From assembly GCA_031274595.1 (NCBI GenBank), contig JAISPX010000141.1:1-50350 (forward strand): DNA of 50,350 nt. Direction: 5' to 3'. The stretch is from Prevotellaceae bacterium (GTDB lineage: Bacteria; Bacteroidota; Bacteroidia; Bacteroidales; UBA932). The first letter of the stretch is position 1, and each line of letters starts with the position of its first letter. Shown here piece by piece: positions 45,453 to 50,350 of this stretch. Both the position numbers and the translations under genes were made by a program. The notes beneath the pieces are model-generated. The model saw only the letters and a program-made list of their open reading frames with translations, was not told the origin of the DNA and did no database searches.

Positions 45453-46052
45453 TTACTTCAAATATCCTACGGGCTGAACCAAAATCACTGATTGGTTCTG
45501 TTTTAGTTGCAATACTTTTGGCAGTTGATCTTTTAGAAACGAACCGCGTGCAACAGTTCCCAAGCCTTCGGATGCTGCAAACAAATAAATGTTTTGCGAA
45601 ATATAACCTGCCGAAAATCTTGCGCTTTCAACAGATGCTTTATCCAAATCGGCAACCATAACAACAGATATTGCGGCATTATCGCTGATATGCGGTTGTC
45701 CCAAAGCGATTCTGAAATCGCCGTGAGCAATAAATTTCAGCAAATGCTGTTTTGCATCATAAAAGTAAACGCCTGTGTCGCACACAACATACAATTCAGT
45801 TTCCTGCTTGTTGGAACCTGTTGGAACAGTACGCCGATCGGAACGATTAAAACCGTTTGCAACCCAAAGTAAATTTGATAAAGTTTGCAGCGGCATTTCT
45901 CTTTTAATAAACAAACGTTCGGAGTGTCGTTCATTTACCGCTTCAAAAAAAGGTTTACCTCCCGTTTTCACAGGTGGCAGTAAATTAATGTCTTGTGCAT
46001 ACATGATTGACGCAAAAAACAACAAAACAAATGATAAAAGTACTTTCTTCAT
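45453..46052 (-). CDS. Nitroreductase/SagB-type family protein with signal peptide
   Basis: The ORF-track start 46109 is a TTG; the ATG at 46052 gives MKKVLLSFVLLFFASIMYAQ (signal peptide). The core has RHSERLF, LLWVANGFNR and the C-terminal GTVARGSF region. Confidence 0.75.
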   Translation of the reverse strand: MKKVLLSFVLLFFASIMYAQDINLLPPVKTGGKPFFEAVNERHSERLFIKREMPLQTLSNLLWVANGFNRSDRRTVPTGSNKQETELYVVCDTGVYFYDAKQHLLKFIAHGDFRIALGQPHISDNAAISVVMVADLDKASVESARFSAGYISQNIYLFAASEGLGTVARGSFLKDQLPKVLQLKQNQSVILVQPVGYLK

Positions 46053-46177
46053 ATCTATATATATTAAATTTAGAGCGCAAATATATAAAAAATATATATA
46101 CATTTGCAAAAAATCATTTTATGGAATTTTACAGTTAAACGCATCTATAAAGTAAAATTATAAAAATATATTATATT

Positions 46178-49162
46178 ATGAAACATTATTTATTAAGAAT
46201 TGTTGCAATTACGTTGTTTGCAACTTCGTTAAACGCCCAAATACCAGTGTTAAATGTTAACGGTAAAAAATCAAATTCCGAAGTTTATCTGCAATCTTTG
46301 GATATTCAGGTAGAAGTAACAGGAAATATCGCATCTACAAAATATTTGATGGTTTTTAAAAACCGCACATCAAAAATACTTGAAGGCGAATTGATTTTCC
46401 CTTTGGCAGATGGCATAACTATCAATCATTATGCATTGGATATTAATGGAAAAATGCGAAATGCCGTTCCAGTAGAAAAAGCAAAAGCGACTCAGGTGTT
46501 TGAAGAAATTGAACAGCGAAGAATTGACCCGGGAATACTCGAAAAAGTTGAAGGAAATAATTTTCGCGTACGAATTTTTCCAATTCCATCAAACGGAACA
46601 CGTACAATTTCTATAGGATATGAAGAAGAATTGTCGGCAGAAAAGGGATTGTTGCATTATCGCCTGCCGATGGATTATAAAGAAATTATAGAAAATTTTT
46701 CGCTGAAAGCAAGCGTTTGGCAAAGCCATGCAAAACCTTCATTATCCGAAAAACCGTCAGACGAGATAAATTTCGACCGGCAAGGGAATAATTTTGTGGC
46801 GACATTTTCACGTAAAAATTATGTTGCAAATCGTTCGCTTGCATTTTCGCTGCCTGCGCCGAGCGATATTCCGCAAGTGTTGATGCAATCCGCATCTGGA
46901 AGTTATTATTTCGTTGCGGCGTGTATGCCAAAGCTGGAAACGCGAAAGAAAGAATGGAACAGTGAAATTGGCATTATTTGGGATGCATCGCTCAGCGGAT
47001 TATCGCGCGATGTAAAAAAAGAATTGGAATTATTGGATATAATTATCAAGGATAAAAAAAATCTTACAATTTCACTTTATCTCTTAAACAATAAATTTAC
47101 TAATGCTGGAACATTCAACATAAAAAACGGAAATTGGGATAATTTGCGCAAGGCTTTGGAATCGACAGTATATGATGGAGGAACAAATTACGGTACAATA
47201 AAATTATCAAACACACATGCAAAAGAATTTTTATTTTTCACAGATGGAATTTCAACATTAAGCGATGCTGTTCCTTTCATAAAAAGTCCGATATTTTCAA
47301 AAGCAATGCAGATGTTAAAAATTCAGGAAACTTATAACGGTAAAATGATTCATTGTATAGTTTCGTCGCCCAAAGCCAATTACAGCAATCTTAAATATAT
47401 AACGGCGCAAACAAAAGGAAAATTTATAAATCTTAATTCTCTGTCATCTGAAAAAATGAAAAATGAATTATTGTATGAAGACATTAATTTTTTAGGTGTT
47501 GAAAATGCAGGTTCGGTAAGGGAAGTTTATCCGTCTGTATCAACTTCGGTAAAAAATAATTTTTCGATTGCAGGAATTTTGGATGCTCCAAAATCGAGTA
47601 TCACATTGCTTTTCGGATATGGAAATAAAATAGAAAAACGAATAACTTTAAATCTCGACAGCAAAAATGCAATATCGCAGGCAAATGTGTATCGTATATG
47701 GGCGCAGAAAAAAATTGACGAACTGGATATGAATTACGAAAAAAACAAAGAAGAATTGACCGAACTCGGCATGCAATTCGGAATTGTAACGCGCAACACA
47801 TCGTTAATTGTGCTTGAAACATTGCAGGATTATATTACTTACAACATCGTTCCGCCTGAGGAATTACAGGAAGAATTTTACAGATGGCGAAAAAATCGCG
47901 ATGATGAGCAGCGGCGAACAGAACAAAATCTTTTGGCTCAGGCAATATTTGCCGCCAAAAATCTGAAAGAATGGTGGGAAAAAGATTTCACTCCAAAAAA
48001 ATCTAAATATCCCAAACCTGATGACAAGATTTTACCTGACACAGATATTATTAATGACAATATAGAGCTCACAATGCCGACGGAAGATGTGATTTTTGAG
48101 CGGGAAGAATCAAGTCCAAGATATGAAAATAAAGATATTTTAGAGTCAGTTGCCTTTTCATCTGATTCCAATATTTCGAGAAGCGAATTAAAGAAAGAAA
48201 TAAGCGCGACAGACAAATCAAAACCAAATCAAACACAACCGAAAATAAAATTAATGCCAATCAGACAAGATGCCGACTATATGAAAGATTTGAAAGGAAA
48301 ATCGGATGATGATTATGCGATGTATCTTAAACTTCGTGAAAATTATATTAATACTCCGAATTTTTATTTTGACATGGCTGACTGGTTTTACAAACTCAAC
48401 GACAAGGACAAAGCCTTGCTGATACTGACGTCAATCGCAGATATAGATTTGGAAAATGCCTCGCTTTTCCGTTTGCTTGGCTACAGATTCAAAGAATATA
48501 AAGAATACGAGTTGGAAACATATATCTGCAATAAAATAATTGAGTGGCGACCAATGGAACCTCAAAGTTATCGCGATTATGCGCTGGCTCTTGCCGATAA
48601 AGGACAGTATCGCGAAGCGTTGAAATCACTGTACTCGGTGCTGACACAATCATATTCTCAAAATACAAACAATCGAATTTCAGGACTCGAAGAAGTTGTG
48701 GTAACCGAACTAAACAGCCTGATAGCAAAGAACGACAAGCCTGATATTTCGGAAATTGATAAAAATTTGATACAGGCAATGCCCGTTGATATTCGAGTTG
48801 TAATAAACTGGAACATGAATAATACCGACATAGATTTACATGTAAAAGACCCTAACGGAGAAACTTGTTTTTACAGTCATAAGTCAACCGACATAGGCGG
48901 ACGAATAAGTAATGACATTACGCAGGGATATGGTCCCGAACAATTTATGCTGAAAAAGGCAGTAAAAGGCAAGTATGAAGTATTTGTAAATTATTTTGGC
49001 GATTCGCAGGTTAAGGCAGAAGGACCATCTACGATAATGGTCGAAATTTATACCAAATATTCCGACAGCGACGAACAACGTCAGGTGGTATGCGTACAAC
49101 TGTCGAAGAACAAATCAACAACAAAAAACGGACTTCTAAAAATTGCAGAATTTGAATTTTGA
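46178..49162 (+). CDS. Secreted multidomain protein: VIT-like N-domain, vWA (MIDAS DASLS), linker, TPR-like repeats, DUF2135-like C-terminal domain
   Basis: 994 aa with a signal peptide. The N-terminal VIT-like region has QSLDIQVEV...YLMVFKN...FPLADGITINHYALDINGK. The vWA domain has IIWDASLSG and DGGTNY. The TPR-like segment lies around aa 740-830. The C-terminus has WNMNNTDIDLHVKDPNGE...GYGPEQF...GKYEVFVNYFG. Confidence 0.85.
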   Translation: MKHYLLRIVAITLFATSLNAQIPVLNVNGKKSNSEVYLQSLDIQVEVTGNIASTKYLMVFKNRTSKILEGELIFPLADGITINHYALDINGKMRNAVPVEKAKATQVFEEIEQRRIDPGILEKVEGNNFRVRIFPIPSNGTRTISIGYEEELSAEKGLLHYRLPMDYKEIIENFSLKASVWQSHAKPSLSEKPSDEINFDRQGNNFVATFSRKNYVANRSLAFSLPAPSDIPQVLMQSASGSYYFVAACMPKLETRKKEWNSEIGIIWDASLSGLSRDVKKELELLDIIIKDKKNLTISLYLLNNKFTNAGTFNIKNGNWDNLRKALESTVYDGGTNYGTIKLSNTHAKEFLFFTDGISTLSDAVPFIKSPIFSKAMQMLKIQETYNGKMIHCIVSSPKANYSNLKYITAQTKGKFINLNSLSSEKMKNELLYEDINFLGVENAGSVREVYPSVSTSVKNNFSIAGILDAPKSSITLLFGYGNKIEKRITLNLDSKNAISQANVYRIWAQKKIDELDMNYEKNKEELTELGMQFGIVTRNTSLIVLETLQDYITYNIVPPEELQEEFYRWRKNRDDEQRRTEQNLLAQAIFAAKNLKEWWEKDFTPKKSKYPKPDDKILPDTDIINDNIELTMPTEDVIFEREESSPRYENKDILESVAFSSDSNISRSELKKEISATDKSKPNQTQPKIKLMPIRQDADYMKDLKGKSDDDYAMYLKLRENYINTPNFYFDMADWFYKLNDKDKALLILTSIADIDLENASLFRLLGYRFKEYKEYELETYICNKIIEWRPMEPQSYRDYALALADKGQYREALKSLYSVLTQSYSQNTNNRISGLEEVVVTELNSLIAKNDKPDISEIDKNLIQAMPVDIRVVINWNMNNTDIDLHVKDPNGETCFYSHKSTDIGGRISNDITQGYGPEQFMLKKAVKGKYEVFVNYFGDSQVKAEGPSTIMVEIYTKYSDSDEQRQVVCVQLSKNKSTTKNGLLKIAEFEF

Positions 49163-49226
49163 CAGGATGTCTGTTAATGTTATAATGAATTAATGTTATA
49201 ATGTTATAATGATAAAAAAAACCGCC

Positions 49227-50350
49227 GCTCCCACTCGTTTCCTAACGAGTGGGAAGTGGCGGCTACGTTTCCAACGTTACAAACGTTTAGCAATAATCCG
49301 CTCGTTAGGAAACGAGCGGAAGCGAGCCGTGCAGTCCCGCAGGGACGACACTTTATTAACCGTAGGCTTCAGCCTGCGGACAGGACAAAAACATGCCTCT
49401 GCCTGTCGTGCGGGTTGCCGTCTGTTCCCTGAAATACCGACTATGCTCCGCACGAAAACATGCTTTTATTTTCTACCGAACTTCAATCCAACGGGATTAA
49501 CCTCTAACCATAAAATCATTAATCATTTAAAAATTTTTAACCTTGCGCTTGTTATTTGCAAAAGTTTATTTAATTTTGCAACCAAAATCTTCATGGAGAA
49601 TACCCAAATGATAGTGCAAAACTTGTTCATAAAAACTGCTCGAAATCCTTGCTGCGTAAGGGATTTATTCGTATCTTTACACAACACAACACAACACATA
49701 CCCCTTATATAAAATTTTTAAAACATATAAACGCCGTCCATGCTCCCGCTCGTTTCCTAACGAGTGGGAAGTGGCGGCTACGTTTCCAACGTTACAAACG
49801 TTTAGCAATAATCCGCTCGTTAGGAAACGAGCGGAAGCGAGATAAAATTCCCCTCTGTGGAGGGGTGTCCGCAGGACGGGGTGGTTTCATGCGGGACGAA
49901 AGAATGAAAAGTGAAGAAAGAATAATGAAAAATTAATGATAAATAGCGCAGCCCTGAAAGGGCGAGATTTGCATAACCGTAGGCTTCAGCCTGCGGACAG
50001 GACAAAAACATGACTCTGCCTGTCGCACTGGATTCCGTCTGTTCTATGAAAAACAGCCAATGCTCCGCACGAAAACATGCTTTTATTTTCTACCGAACTT
50101 CAATCCAACGGGATTTACCATTGTATCATTAACTACTAACCATTATACCATTAACCGTTAAACATTTTTAAAATTATTTGTTGGTTTGTGAAATTTTATT
50201 TAATTTTACGCCCAAAATTTTCATGGAGAAGACCCAAATGATTGTGCAAAACTTGTTCATAAAAACTGCTCGAAATCCTTGCTGCGTAAGGGATTTATGC
50301 CTATCTTTACACAACACAACACAACACAACACAACACAACACAACACAAC
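49227..50350 (+). repeat. Composite long repeat: modules X (100 nt; 49227-49326, 49742-49841), Y (141 nt; 49358-49498, 49975-50115), Z (more than 130 nt; 49565-49698, 50195-50350), running off the window end
   Basis: The two X copies differ at 1 of 100 positions. The Y and Z copies are clearly homologous with scattered substitutions. The Y-to-Y offset is 617 nt and the Z-to-Z offset is 630 nt. The modules are rich in GC hairpins (cccactcgtttcctaacgagtggg, ccgctcgttaggaaacgagcgg, ccgtaggcttcagcctgcgg). Confidence 0.9.
50311..50350 (+). repeat. (ACAAC)n pentanucleotide microsatellite, at least 8 units, truncated by the window end
   Basis: There are 40 nt of perfect acaac units. The equivalent position of the first Z module (49681-49698) has only about 3.6 units. 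Confidence 0.95.

Noticed and set aside
49209-49936. ORFs 49209-49712 and 49649-49936 (and 49820-50011 minus) over the X/Y/Z repeats
   Set aside because: Both plus-strand ORFs contain the same translation of module X (RFLTSGKWRLRFQRYKRLAIIRSLGNERKR). That sequence is hairpin-forming, GC-rich repeat DNA, so these are not credible genes.
1-50350. Classical mobile or defence island markers (integrase, transposase, cas, reverse transcriptase, phage structural genes, toxin-antitoxin pairs)
   Set aside because: None of the translated ORFs shows the corresponding motifs. The two XRE-type genes are solitary, with no adjacent small toxin-like ORF.

Overview
This is an AT-rich, gene-dense chromosomal segment that looks like a Bacteroidota genome. 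The signs are TAnnTTTG-type -7 boxes 20-50 nt upstream of start codons, CarboxypepD_reg plus OMP_b-brl_3-type outer-membrane barrels, mutL-rhomboid-EEP synteny and a type A RNase P RNA. I can support about 42 CDS and one ncRNA (rnpB, minus strand, 42746-43094). Content is mostly housekeeping: PAP2 phosphatase, thioesterase, tsaC, EEP protein, rhomboid and mutL. There is also a TetR-TolC-HlyD-2xABC ATPase-2xABC-2 permease efflux operon, a nitroreductase, an acyl-CoA ligase and a glutathione peroxidase. Three paralogous outer-membrane barrel genes sit with an XRE regulator and an S41-like peptidase. The rest comprises rimO, ftsY, aroK, parC, parE, a split chromate transporter, pyrD, an ECF sigma/anti-sigma pair and a 994-aa secreted VIT-vWA-TPR-DUF2135-like protein. 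I saw no integrase, transposase, cas, reverse transcriptase or phage structural genes, so this is not a classical island. Five things are not explained by ordinary annotation. (1) A beta-class N6/N4 DNA methyltransferase fused to an Mrr-like PD-(D/E)XK domain, plus a tightly coupled 123-aa extremely acidic Cys/His protein, is wedged between parE and parC in one co-directional gene string; this is my best candidate for a system. (2) There is an unusually dense modular intergenic repeat system: a 130-nt TIR hairpin element, GC-rich mini-hairpins, AT-rich short-period word modules, two 21-bp tandem arrays, a 30-bp inverted-repeat element, and a roughly 620-bp composite repeat ending in an (ACAAC)n microsatellite at the window edge. 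(3) The barrel-gene cluster has a duplicated divergent promoter block, an 81-nt near-identical 5' coding segment, and direct and inverted repeats bracketing one cassette. (4) Phased TTTACA-N2-TGTAAA palindromes lie between an HTH gene and rnpB. (5) An ECF sigma/anti-sigma/secreted nitroreductase module lies divergent from the VIT-vWA giant. All functional calls come from motif recognition by eye; no database search was possible.
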